DNA from: an uncultured delta proteobacterium
GTDB taxonomy: Bacteria; Desulfobacterota; Deferrisomatia; Deferrisomatales; JACRMM01
Length of the DNA: 64,000 bases
Assembly: GCA_963707045.1 (NCBI GenBank)
Contig: CAVPOV010000017.1
Span: 14,871-78,870 of the forward strand
Direction of reading: 5' to 3'
Each line of letters begins with the position of its first letter. The first letter of the stretch is position 1. The position numbers were made by a program, and so were the translations under genes. Below the pieces are notes generated by a model. It did no database searches, was not told the DNA's origin, and saw nothing but the letters and a program-made list of their open reading frames with translations. This document shows, in pieces, positions 1 to 10,222 of this stretch.

Positions 1-186
1 CAGCAGCGCCCGGGCGCGGAAGTACGTGGAGGCCCGCTCCGTGGTCTGCAGGCGCGACAGCGCGGACTCCCAGCGGCCCAGCAGCGCCTCGGAGTACCCG
101 GAGCGCTCGAGGGTGCCGACCGCCGCCGGCGCGGATCCCGCCATCCCCAGGACGAGCGCCAGCGCGACGGCTACTCGACCCGCCAC
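1..186 (-). CDS. Secreted hypothetical protein, N-terminal fragment (gene runs off the window start)
   Basis: My translation of the reverse strand is open for 62 codons from a GTG at 186. It reads VAGRVAVALALVLGMAGSAPAAVGTLERSGYSEALLGRWESALSRLQTTERASTYFRARALL, which looks like a signal peptide. It overlaps the stop of the upstream gene. It is not in the ORF track because it is short and truncated at the edge. Confidence 0.35.
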   Translation of the reverse strand, partial: MAGRVAVALALVLGMAGSAPAAVGTLERSGYSEALLGRWESALSRLQTTERASTYFRARALL

Positions 187-656
187 TGGACCCCTTTCTC
201 CCCGGCGCCGGCGACCCACGCGTGGACCCCGCCGCGCTCGGCGCTCAGGCGGACGGACGCCGCCGTCTCCTCGCCGAACCCGGCCAGGACGACCTCGTGT
301 TCGCCCGCGGGCAGCCGCGCCTGGGCCAACTCCAGGGGAAGCCCCTTCTCCAGCACGTCCTGCTCGGCCGCGCTGAAGGTCCGGGAGAACACGGTCTTCC
401 CGTCCAGCAGGAGACGCACGCCCGACTGCCTCCACTCCGGCTTCGGGTTCTCCAGGAAGACGCGCACGCCGGCCGTCTCCCCCTCCACGACCTCCGCCAC
501 CAGGGCCTCGAGCTCCTGCCGGATGGTCAGGACCTCCCGTGCGATCTCCTCGAGCCGCCCCTCGTAGTCCGTAACGGGGTCCGCCGCCCGGGCGAGCCCG
601 AAGGGCCCTGCGGCCAGCACCGCCGGCAGGAGAAGGGGCCAGACGCGTCGCGACAT
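171..656 (-). CDS. Secreted hypothetical protein (161 aa)
   Basis: Only the C-terminal 161 aa of track ORF 171..1976 have natural composition (MSRRVWPLLLPAVLAAGPFGLARA signal peptide, then balanced residues). The ATG is at 656. The upstream part of the ORF is an Arg/Gly/Pro GC artefact. Confidence 0.6.
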   Translation of the reverse strand: MSRRVWPLLLPAVLAAGPFGLARAADPVTDYEGRLEEIAREVLTIRQELEALVAEVVEGETAGVRVFLENPKPEWRQSGVRLLLDGKTVFSRTFSAAEQDVLEKGLPLELAQARLPAGEHEVVLAGFGEETAASVRLSAERGGVHAWVAGAGEKGVQWRVE

Positions 657-697
657 CGGGGATCTCTCCCTTCGGGGAAGGGCCGGGGCGGCCGGCC

Positions 698-2008
698 TCA
701 ACGTCGTGCCAGGAGGGGCCAGCGGACGTGGAGCGGCCCCTCGGTCAGGCGTCGCGGCCCGAGCAGCCTCGCCCGCCCCTCGAGCAGGTCGCCCGGGCGT
801 TCGATCACGTACACCCACGCCTCCGCCCCGTCGCCCCCCAGGTCGGTGTAGCACCACAGTTCCAACTCCAGTTCCTCCTCGCCCCACGCGGCCAGCGCCG
901 TGGCGCGGGACTCGAAGTTGCCCTCGAACAGGAGCCGCGTTCCGGGCGCCGCCTTCTGGGAGAGGGCCGGATCGGGTTCCTGGGGATGGGTGTGCCTCTC
1001 GCCCCGCCAGGCATGGAGATCCAGGTCCACCCGACGGCCCTCCCACGCCGCGACGGCGAGCAGGGTCGGCGCCGGCCCCTGCCCGTCGGGCAACACGGCG
1101 ACGGGGCCCACGGCGACGCGGCCCTTGGTGTCCACGGCCTGGAGATAGGCGCGGTTGCCCGCCGGGAGGAGGGCCACCCAGAGGTCGATCTCCCCGCCCG
1201 GGCCGGGGCTCACGGGGTAGGGGATGCCGGCGCACCAGACCCGGGGCTCGCCGTAGCCCAGCGGCAACCGGGCCCGCAGCCGGACGGCCCAAGCCTCCAC
1301 GGCCTCCAACCGCAGTTCGAGCGCCTCGTCGTCGCGCGGCGGCGCCACCTCGACCGCGGCCGCGCCCGTCCTCCCGCCCGGATAGGCGACCCCGACGCCG
1401 GCACTGCCGTCCCGTCCGGGCAAGGGGATCCGGACGATGCCCTTCGCCGCGGGCAGTTCCCACGTCGCCCCGCCCAGGGGACCCTCCCGCACCCACAGGG
1501 CGGGGCCGCCGCCCCCCTTCCACACCGCCCACAGCCGGTCGCCCCGCGGCAGCGACGGCGTGGGATCGAGGATCGCCACGGCGGACGGCGCGGCCGCGTC
1601 GGGCTGCCCGGGAGCCCACGCGAAGACGGAAACGCCCGGGCCGCCCGAGGACGCCTCGCCCCGGGAGGCGCACGCGAACCGCCACAGGGGCACGCCGAGA
1701 TGGGCGGCCAGGCGCTGCGCCGCCGAGACGGCGTACTGGAGGCCCAGCGCGTCGTTGAGCGCCCGCGGCCCGAGCGCGTCGGTCTGCCCCACGAGTGCCG
1801 CGCCGCCGGCCCCGCCGAGCGCGCTCCGCACCGCCGCGACGAATTCGGGGGGCCACGACTCCGCCCCGCCCTGCCCCCAGGCCAGGAACGCCGTCGGCGT
1901 GCCGGCCGGCGGCTGGGCCAGCAACTCCGGTCCGCGGCGGTACTCCGCACCGGCCGGAAGGGCCGCGGCGATCCACACGACGAGGACGAGGCGGGCGAGG
2001 AGGGTCAC
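698..2008 (-). CDS. Secreted hypothetical protein (about 436 aa)
   Basis: Track ORF 698..2293. The natural-looking sequence starts at VTLLARLVLVVWIAAALPAGA (GTG at 2008), preceded by AAGGAG about 6 nt upstream. The C-terminal part (DLDLHAW...ELWCYTDLGGDGAEAWVYV) loosely resembles DUF2135/YfaP-type domains; this is unverified. Confidence 0.6.
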   Translation of the reverse strand: MTLLARLVLVVWIAAALPAGAEYRRGPELLAQPPAGTPTAFLAWGQGGAESWPPEFVAAVRSALGGAGGAALVGQTDALGPRALNDALGLQYAVSAAQRLAAHLGVPLWRFACASRGEASSGGPGVSVFAWAPGQPDAAAPSAVAILDPTPSLPRGDRLWAVWKGGGGPALWVREGPLGGATWELPAAKGIVRIPLPGRDGSAGVGVAYPGGRTGAAAVEVAPPRDDEALELRLEAVEAWAVRLRARLPLGYGEPRVWCAGIPYPVSPGPGGEIDLWVALLPAGNRAYLQAVDTKGRVAVGPVAVLPDGQGPAPTLLAVAAWEGRRVDLDLHAWRGERHTHPQEPDPALSQKAAPGTRLLFEGNFESRATALAAWGEEELELELWCYTDLGGDGAEAWVYVIERPGDLLEGRARLLGPRRLTEGPLHVRWPLLARR

Positions 2009-2316
2009 AGGGTTCTCCTTGGCGGGCCCTACGATGTTACCGTTTCCACCCGGCGGCGCGCAACGAGGGCTCGTCCGGGGCCCGCCCCGTCTCCGCGACG
2101 TCCTACCCATCGGCCGGAAGGCGGCGCGCCTGAAGGGGTGCCCGCGGGGGCCCCCTCTCCCCCCTCCGGAACCCCGAACCTCGTCGCAGGGCCCTGCGGT
2201 GCGGGGGCCTGCGAAGGGACCGCTCGGGGCGCCGGCCCGTGTGGCGCCGGGTTCCTCCTTTGGGAAGGCTGCTGCCCTTCCTCCCGCCTGCAACCCCGGA
2301 AATCAGCCGAAACGAA

Positions 2317-2332
2317 AGGCCCTGATCTTGCA
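2317..2332 (+). promoter_or_regulatory. Weak candidate sigma-54 (-24/-12) promoter upstream of the PilZ gene
   Basis: aGGCCC-tgatc-TTGCa has GG and GC at the canonical 10-nt offset, 43 nt upstream of the ATG at 2375. Only 4 of 6 positions match in the -24 hexamer. Confidence 0.25.
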
Positions 2333-2374
2333 TACCCCTCCTCAACTTCTTTTCGACTTCGACCGGGAGCCGCC

Positions 2375-2734
2375 ATGGACAGCCGGGAGTGGACACGGAA
2401 GCCGGAGTGGATGGACGAGACCCGCCGGGAGCCCCGATGGCAGGACGTGCGCACCCTCGTGGCCCGATGGGGCGAGGAGGAGTGCCTGGGCAAGACGCGG
2501 GACGTGTCGCTGCGGGGCCTCGGGGTGGCGCTCAAGGGAGCGGTGGCGCGCATCGGCGACCCCGTCTCGGTGGACGTGGTCTTCGAGGGAGAGGTCGTGG
2601 AGTTCCGCGGCCGGGTGGCCCACTCCCGGCCCGAGCCGTGGGGCAGCCTGGCCGGAGTCCTCTGCGACGAGGACGACCCCCAGCGGGCCGAGTTCCTCCA
2701 CCGCCGCTACGCAGCCGACCTCTCGCCGGGCTGA
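2375..2734 (+). CDS. PilZ-domain protein (c-di-GMP receptor type), 119 aa
   Basis: C-terminal part of track ORF 728..2734. It starts MDSREWTRK and contains the RxxxR (RREPR) and DxSxxG (DVSLRG) c-di-GMP binding motifs at the usual spacing. Confidence 0.6.
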   Translation: MDSREWTRKPEWMDETRREPRWQDVRTLVARWGEEECLGKTRDVSLRGLGVALKGAVARIGDPVSVDVVFEGEVVEFRGRVAHSRPEPWGSLAGVLCDEDDPQRAEFLHRRYAADLSPG

Positions 2735-2747
2735 AGTCCAGGTCGCC

Positions 2748-4111
<1,364 letters not shown>

Positions 4112-4115
<4 letters not shown>

Positions 4116-6333
4116 TCGGCCCTCCCACTCGTCGGAAGCTCCACCACGAACACCGTCCCCCTCGGGATGTTGTCGGCCGCCCGCACGTAGCCCCTGTGAT
4201 CGGTCACGATGCTCTTCACGATCGCCAGCCCCAGGCCGGTGCCTCCCCGCTTCGTGGAGAAGTACGGCTCGAACAGGCGCGCGCGCACTTCCGGGCCCAG
4301 CCCCTCGCCGTTGTCCGCCACGGTGATCCGAACCACCTGGCGCACCGGGTCGCTCTCCGTGTGCACCTGGACGCAGGGCTCGTCGGCGTCGGCCACCGCC
4401 GTCACCGCGTTGTCGAGCAGGTTGACCACGGCGCGCTTGAGCTGCTCGGCGTCCAGGTCGACGGTCGGCAACGACGGCTCGAGGCTCACGTGGAACGCGA
4501 TGCCGGCGTGGGCCGGCCGGTACAGCCCCACCGCCTCGCTGACGACGCGGTTCACGTCGTCCGGGGCGAGCCGGCACTCGGGCATCTTGGCGAAGCGGCT
4601 GAACTCGTCGACGAGCCGCTTGAGGCTGTCCACCTGGGCTACGATCGTGCGGGTCGCCTCGTCGAGCACGTCCCCGTCGGACTCGCCCAGGAGGTTCGCG
4701 TAGCGCCGCCGCAGCCGCTGCGCGGAGAGCTGGATCGGGGTCAGCGGGTTCTTGATCTCGTGCGCGATGCGGCGCGCCACCTCCTGCCAGGCCTGCGCCC
4801 GCTGGGCCCGCACGAGCTCCGTGAGGTCGTCGAAGACCGCGACGGTCCCCAGCGCCTCGCCGGTCTCGTCCCGGAGCCGGGTGAGGTGGACCATCAGCAC
4901 CCTGCGGTTCCCGGCGACCTCCAGCGTCACCTGGCGCTGGATCGCGTCCTGGCGGGACCGGCCGAGGTCTCCGATCAGCTCGGTCACGACCCCCTCCAGC
5001 TCCTTCGGAAGGGCCTCCCGGTACGGGCGTCCCAGCGCCTCCTCGCCGACCCCGAGCATGTCGCGCGCGGCGGCGTTCAGGGTGGCGATGCGGCCCGCCC
5101 GGTCGGTGCTCACCACGCCCGCGGCCACCCGGCCCAGCACGGTCTCCATGTAGCGGCGGCGCTGGTCGAGCTCCTCGTTGCCCCGCCGCAGGTCCAGATG
5201 GGCCTGCTCCACCGCGGCCTTGCTCGACCGCAGGTCGCGGGTCATGCGGTTGAAGGAGTCCACCAGGGCACCCACCTCGTCCTTGCCGCCCGTCTCCACC
5301 TCGACCTCCAGGTCGCCCTCGGCGATCCGCTCGGTGGCCTCGGCGATGCCCTCGAGGGGCTCGGTGATGCCCCGGGCCAGGTAGAAGCCGAACCACGTCG
5401 CGGCGAAGGCCGAGAGCAGGGCCACCAGGAGCAGGGGCAGGATGTAGCTGACCTTGATCGGGGCCTTGCGGAGCACCTGGAGCTGCCGGTACTCCTCGAC
5501 GCCGTCGGTGATCTCCTGCAGCCGCTCCAGGATGCGGCCGGGGATGTAGGCGTCCACGATGACGGCGCCCCACACCTTCGCCGTCGCCGGGTCGACGATG
5601 GGCGCGGCGGCCCGGAGGACGTCCCCCGCCTCCGACCGCACGAGCCCCGAGGCCTCCTGGCCGGCCAGCGCCTGGTGGGCTTCGGGAGAATCCCGGGCGG
5701 CACCTCGGCGACCGGGAAACGCGGGTTGGCGACCACGCTCAGGACCTCGCCCCCGGCGGAGAGGATCGCGATGGCCCCGAGCTGCGCCTCCGTCGCCTTG
5801 GAGTGCAGCGCGCCCTCGAACGGCCCGAGGCCCTCCGCCAGGCTCTGCCGGGGCAGGTCCTCCGCCATCCGCCGGGCATGGTCCAGGACGCGCTCCTCCT
5901 CGAGCCGGTAGTAGCTCCGGGCGACCTCGAGGGCCTGGCTGAGGCCGCCCTCCACCTTGGCGCTGAACCAGCTGTCGATGCTCCGGGCCAGGAAGCCCGC
6001 GCTGGCGAGGTAGAGGATCGCGGTGGGGATGAAGGTCATGGCCAGGAAGGCCAGCACGAGCTTGGTCTTGAGGCGGGCGCCCAGCACCCCCCGGCGGCGC
6101 TCGAAGGCGAGTTTCGCCAGGTTGCGCAGGGTGAGGAACGAGAGGAGGAGCAGCAGCAGGATGTTGAGGTTGATCAACCCGAAGACCGAGAACGTGTCCG
6201 GGACCGCCCCCCCCTGCACCTGCTCGAAGAGCCGCCACTGCAGCAGCGTCAGCGCCGTCCACAGGGCCAGCAGGACGAACAGGACCAGGGCCCGTCGACG
6301 CAGCCTGTGGGCCGGTGCGGGGACCCCGTTCAA
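4112..6333 (-). pseudogene. ntrY: NtrY-like sensor histidine kinase (multi-TM, HAMP, PAS, HisKA, HATPase), one frameshift near 5690
   Basis: The N-terminal membrane part is in the frame of track ORF 5242..6870 (LVLFVLLALWTALTLLQW...SAGGEVLSVVANPRFPVAEVPPG). The rest is in the frame of ORF 4112..6262 (SPEAHQALAGQEASGLVRSE...HEIKNPLTPI...GTGLGLAIV). The switch occurs at cccGGGattct, consistent with one G missing from a G run. A TTG start at 6333 overlaps the DUF4390 stop (TTGA). Confidence 0.8.
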
Positions 6334-6917
6334 CGAGAGGCCCCCAGGGAGTCCGGAAGCGGCGCGCTGTACCAGTCGGTCTCGACGTCCCAGTAGGCGA
6401 CGAAGGGGAGCAGGTAGTGCAACCGGAAGGGGAGCAGGAACTCCTGGAGCTGGGCCTTGATGCGCAGTTGGAGGTTCCCCGCTCCCTCCAGGGCGTCCAG
6501 GGGCAGTACGCTCACGGCCTCCACCCGGGCCATGGCCTCCACGGCCGACGACAGCCGGTCCAGGTCCTCGGCCCGATCCTCTCCCTCGTAGACCAGCCGG
6601 AAGCGGTCCTTGAGGTTGTCCTTCTCCAGGACGCGGACGAGCTTGTGCTCCGCCACCACCACGTCGCGGAGGAGATCGCGCGGGCGGACGATGCGGACCC
6701 AGTACGTGAACCGCACCGGAAGACCGCTGTCCAGGGTCTCCGCGACACGGTCGTCCAGGGCTCCGTGCACCCGGAAGCCCACGACGAGGTCGGCCCGCCC
6801 GCCGCGACGAACGGTGACGTCCTCGATGCGGACCCCGCTCGCCGCACCCAGCACGACCGGACTTGCCCAAGCCAGGGCGAGCAGGGAGAACGCGGTGAGC
6901 ATGAGCCAGCGCCGCAT
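6330..6917 (-). CDS. DUF4390-like periplasmic protein (usual partner of NtrY-type kinases)
   Basis: Track ORF 6330..6917, with a signal peptide MRRWLMLTAFSLLALAWASP and natural composition. It sits immediately upstream of and overlaps the NtrY-like gene. The family assignment is from memory of that conserved gene order. Confidence 0.7.
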   Translation of the reverse strand: MRRWLMLTAFSLLALAWASPVVLGAASGVRIEDVTVRRGGRADLVVGFRVHGALDDRVAETLDSGLPVRFTYWVRIVRPRDLLRDVVVAEHKLVRVLEKDNLKDRFRLVYEGEDRAEDLDRLSSAVEAMARVEAVSVLPLDALEGAGNLQLRIKAQLQEFLLPFRLHYLLPFVAYWDVETDWYSAPLPDSLGASR

Positions 6918-6966
6918 GGGCTTTCCCGTCGGGAGGAAGCGGCCGAGACCGGTCGGAAGAGACGGG

Positions 6967-6996
6967 ATTCTAGGCGAGCGGAAAGCGCGGGCGCAA
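6967..6996 (-). promoter_or_regulatory. Candidate sigma-70 promoter for DUF4390-ntrY-ntrX
   Basis: On the minus strand: TTGCGC-N18-TAGAAT, located in the lpxC/DUF4390 intergenic spacer about 50 nt upstream of the ATG at 6917. Confidence 0.3.
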
Positions 6997-7046
6997 GCCC
7001 GGCCGAGGCGCCGGGAACGCTTGGGCCGGGGGAAGCGGCGGTACTG

Positions 7047-7967
7047 CTAGGCCAACGCGGCCGCGAGCGGCAGGGGGACCTCCGGTTCGCTCCAGGGAGG
7101 AGCCGTCTCGGGTGCCAGGTCCACGGCGGCCCACGCCTCGGGCCGGGCCAGCAGATTTCGGACCAGCTGCGTGTGGAGGGAGTGCCCCCCCTTGTGCACC
7201 ACCAGGTGGCCCACGACGGGAGCGCCCGCCAGGGCCAGGTCGCCCACCGCGTCCAGGGCCTTGTGCCGCACCAGCTCGTCGGGCATGCGCAGGCCCTCCG
7301 GGTTGAGGACCCGGCCGTTGTCGAGCACCAGCGCGTTCTCCAGCGAGCCGCCCCGGGCCTTGCCCACCGACCGCAGGTACGTCACCTCCTCGAGGAACCC
7401 GAAGGTCCTCGCCGGAGCGAGTTCGCGGCAGAAGGCGGCGGGATCCACCGCGAGGTCAAGGTGCTGGGCGCCCGGGAAACGCCCCTCGAAGTCCACGGCG
7501 TAGGTCACCCGGAACCCCTCGCCGGGCCTCAGCGCGCAGTACTTGTCGCCGTCCCGGGCTACCACGGGCTCCACGATCCGGATGGCCCGGCGGCGCGCCT
7601 CCTGCCGGCGGAGCCCCACGGAGAGGATCGCCTGGCAGAAGGGAAGCGAACTGCCGTCCCCGATGGGCAGTTCCGGGCCCTCGACCTCCACGACGGCGTT
7701 GTCCACCCCGATGCCGGCGAGCGCTGCCAGGCAGTGCTCCACCGTGGAGACCGTGACGTCCCCCCGGCCGAGAACCGTCGCCAGCGCCGTATCGACGACG
7801 AAGGCACCGTGAGCGGGGATCTCCACCGAACCGGGAAGGTCGGAGCGGCGGAACCGGATGCCGGTGCCCGGCGGCGCCGGCCGAAGGACGGCGCGGGCCG
7901 GGCCGCCGCCGTGCAGGCCGACACCGCAAAGGGTCACCCGGTTTTGCAAGGTGTGTTGAAAGGCCAC
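7047..7967 (-). CDS. lpxC: UDP-3-O-acyl-N-acetylglucosamine deacetylase
   Basis: Track ORF 7047..8021: TLQNRVTLCGVGLHGG...IRFRR.DL...STVEHCLAALAGIGVDN...FGFLEEVTYLRSVGKARGGSLENALV...[12 protein letters not shown], typical LpxC. The start is probably the GVG-proximal GTG at 7967; the alternative is the ATG at 8021. Confidence 0.9.
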   Translation of the reverse strand: MAFQHTLQNRVTLCGVGLHGGGPARAVLRPAPPGTGIRFRRSDLPGSVEIPAHGAFVVDTALATVLGRGDVTVSTVEHCLAALAGIGVDNAVVEVEGPELPIGDGSSLPFCQAILSVGLRRQEARRRAIRIVEPVVARDGDKYCALRPGEGFRVTYAVDFEGRFPGAQHLDLAVDPAAFCRELAPARTFGFLEEVTYLRSVGKARGGSLENALVLDNGRVLNPEGLRMPDELVRHKALDAVGDLALAGAPVVGHLVVHKGGHSLHTQLVRNLLARPEAWAAVDLAPETAPPWSEPEVPLPLAAALA

Positions 7968-8185
7968 GCGAATCCTGAGCTGTCGGGTGAATTGCCAGGC
8001 TGGCACTTTAGCAAGAAACATGCCCCCGGCCCAGCCCCGATCGACAGGGGGGCGGGAGCGTCCGTCTCGGCCTGCCGGCGGGCTTTGCCGCGACCTGGGC
8101 GCGAGCGGCCCCGTGGCGAATCCGCCACCGCCGCGCCGCGCAGTGGCGGGAACGCGACCCCGGGGCGGGTGGAACCACTTCCCCC

Positions 8186-8215
8186 TTTACACCCCCAGAA
8201 CGAGGTTGGTATAGT
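8186..8215 (+). promoter_or_regulatory. Candidate sigma-70 promoter of the rimP-nusA-infB operon
   Basis: TTTACA-N18-TATAGT forms an AT-rich hexamer pair in an otherwise GC-rich spacer, about 60 nt upstream of the rimP ATG. Confidence 0.4.
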
Positions 8216-8276
8216 CCCGCCTTCGTCGCGATCGGGGGGGGTGGTGAAGTGGGTGCAGGACCCACTTTTTTCATTC

Positions 8277-8759
8277 ATGGCCATGGAACGCGAGAAGGCT
8301 CTGCGAGAACTGGACGCCGCCGTGAGGCCTGCGGTGGAGGGCCTCGGCTACGAACTTGTCGACCTGCAGCTCGCGTCGGAATACGGCCGATGGGTGCTCC
8401 GGCTCCTGGTCGACCGGCCGGGGGGCATCACCCTGCAGGAGTGCGCCCAGATCAGCCGCGAAGTGAGCCCCCACCTGGACGTGGCGGACGCAATCCCGTC
8501 GCGGTACGCGCTGGAGGTGTCCTCCCCGGGGGTGCGACGGCCGCTCAAGCGCGCCCGGGATTTCGACCGCTTCCGCGACGAGAAGATCGTCGTGCGGACG
8601 CGGGAGGCGATCGACGGCCGCAAGAGCTTCCACGGGATCAACCGTGGCTTGGACGAACAGGAGCGGCTCGTGATCGAGCCGACGGACGGCGGGACGCAAC
8701 ACACCATTCCGGTCGAGGCGATTCGCGAGGCCCACCTCGACCCCGACCTCCCGTTCTGA
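8277..8759 (+). CDS. rimP: Ribosome maturation factor RimP
   Basis: C-terminal 160 aa of track ORF 6315..8759 (MAMEREKALRELDAAVRPAVEGLGYELVDLQL...LEVSSPGVRRPL...). It holds the conserved position upstream of nusA. Confidence 0.9.
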   Translation: MAMEREKALRELDAAVRPAVEGLGYELVDLQLASEYGRWVLRLLVDRPGGITLQECAQISREVSPHLDVADAIPSRYALEVSSPGVRRPLKRARDFDRFRDEKIVVRTREAIDGRKSFHGINRGLDEQERLVIEPTDGGTQHTIPVEAIREAHLDPDLPF

Positions 8760-8827
8760 GTCGGCGGCCCGGAGACGGGACCTCGAACCAGGGAATTCAA
8801 GACGCCCGCAGGGCAGACGGTGTGCGA

Positions 8828-10178
8828 ATGAAGGACATCAATCGGGTGATCGAGCAGGTGGTCCGCGAGAAGGGCATCGATCGGGAGATCCTGATCGACG
8901 CCCTGGAGCAGGCCATGGCCACAGCGGCCCGCAAGAAGCTGGGCAACCGGAACCTGGAGGCCCAGTTCGACGAGGAGAACGGCCGCATCAACGTCTTCGA
9001 GTACATGACGGTGGTGGAGGAGGTCGAGGATTCCTACACCGAGGTCGGGCTCGAGGAGGCCCGGGAGAAGTACGACCCGGCGTGCCGACGTCGGCGACGA
9101 ACTGGGCATCCCGGTGGACCTGGGGGAGCTCAGCCGGATCATCGCCCAGGTGGCCAAGCAGGTGATCATCCAGAAGGTGCGCGAAGCCGAGCGCGACATC
9201 ATCTACAGCGAGTTCATCGACCGCCGCGGTGAGATCATCAACGGCATCGTGCAGCGGGCGGAAAAGGGCGACCTGGTGGTCAACCTCGGCCGCACCGACG
9301 CCGTGCTGCCCTCCAGCGAGCAGATCCGCAGCGAGAACTACCGCCAGGGCGACCGCATCCGCGCCTTGCTGCTGAAGGTCCAGAAGGAGACCCGCGGGCC
9401 CCAACTCATCCTGTCGCGCACCCACCCCGAGTTCGTCCTCAAGCTGTTCGAGATCGAGGTCCCGGAACTGCGCGAGGGCATCGTGGAGATCAAGGCCTGC
9501 ACCCGGGAACCGGGGGAGACGGGCCAAGATCGCGGTGGTCTCCCGCGACTCGGACGTGGACCCGGTGGGCGCCTGCGTCGGGCATGCGCGGCAGCCGGGT
9601 GCGCGGGGTGGTCCAGGAACTGAAGGGCGAGCGCGTCGACATCGTGGTGAGGGACGAGGACGCCGGCGATCTACGCGTCCAACGCCCTCTCCCCGGCGCA
9701 GATCGCCCGGGTGCTGATGGACGAGGAGCAGCACGTGATGACCGTGATCGTGCCCGAGGACCAGCTCAGCCTGGCGATCGGGAGGCGCGGGCAGAACGTG
9801 AAGCTGGCCGCCAAGCTCATGGGGTGGCGGCTGGACATCGTGAGCGAGGAGGAGAGCCGGCGCCGGGAGATGGAGAAGGGCAAGATCCTTCGGCTGGCCG
9901 GCATGGACCCCCTCAAGGTGGCCCGTCTCGGTCGGGCCGACGTCCATTCCCTGGAAGGGCTGGCCCAAGCCTCCCCGGAACTGCTGGTGGAAGTGCTCGG
10001 CCTGGACCTCCCGGGAGCCGAGGCCCTGAAGGATGCGGCGCGGGAGGCCTTCGAGGCCGAGGTCATGGCGGCGACGAGCGAGGAAGACCTCGACGCACCG
10101 CCGGAGCCGGCTCCGTCCGCGGAGACGCCCACGGAAGAATCGCCGGATGACACGACTCCCCCGGCGGAAGAGGGCTGA
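8828..10178 (+). pseudogene. nusA: Transcription termination/antitermination factor NusA, at least 4 frameshifts as sequenced
   Basis: NusA sequence is spread over track ORFs 8249..9232 (MKDINRVIEQVVREKGI...), 9114..9623 (S1/KH region: IINGIVQRAEKGDLVVNLGRTDAVLP...), 9535..9717, 9584..10150 (GSRVRGVVQELKGERVDIV) and 9711..10178 (KH2 and the acidic tail). Frame switches are near 9085, 9522, 9585 and 9665. Confidence 0.9.
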
Positions 10179-10222
10179 TCGCGGGCCGGAGACACCCTCA
10201 ACAACGCCCCAGGAAGCAAGGT

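Noticed and set aside
7990-8015. A TGGCAC hexamer upstream of lpxC/rimP that looked like a sigma-54 -24 element.
   Set aside because: The following GC dinucleotide is 3 nt too close (TGGCAC-tttaGCaag), so -24/-12 spacing is not met on the + strand. The minus-strand reading also fails.
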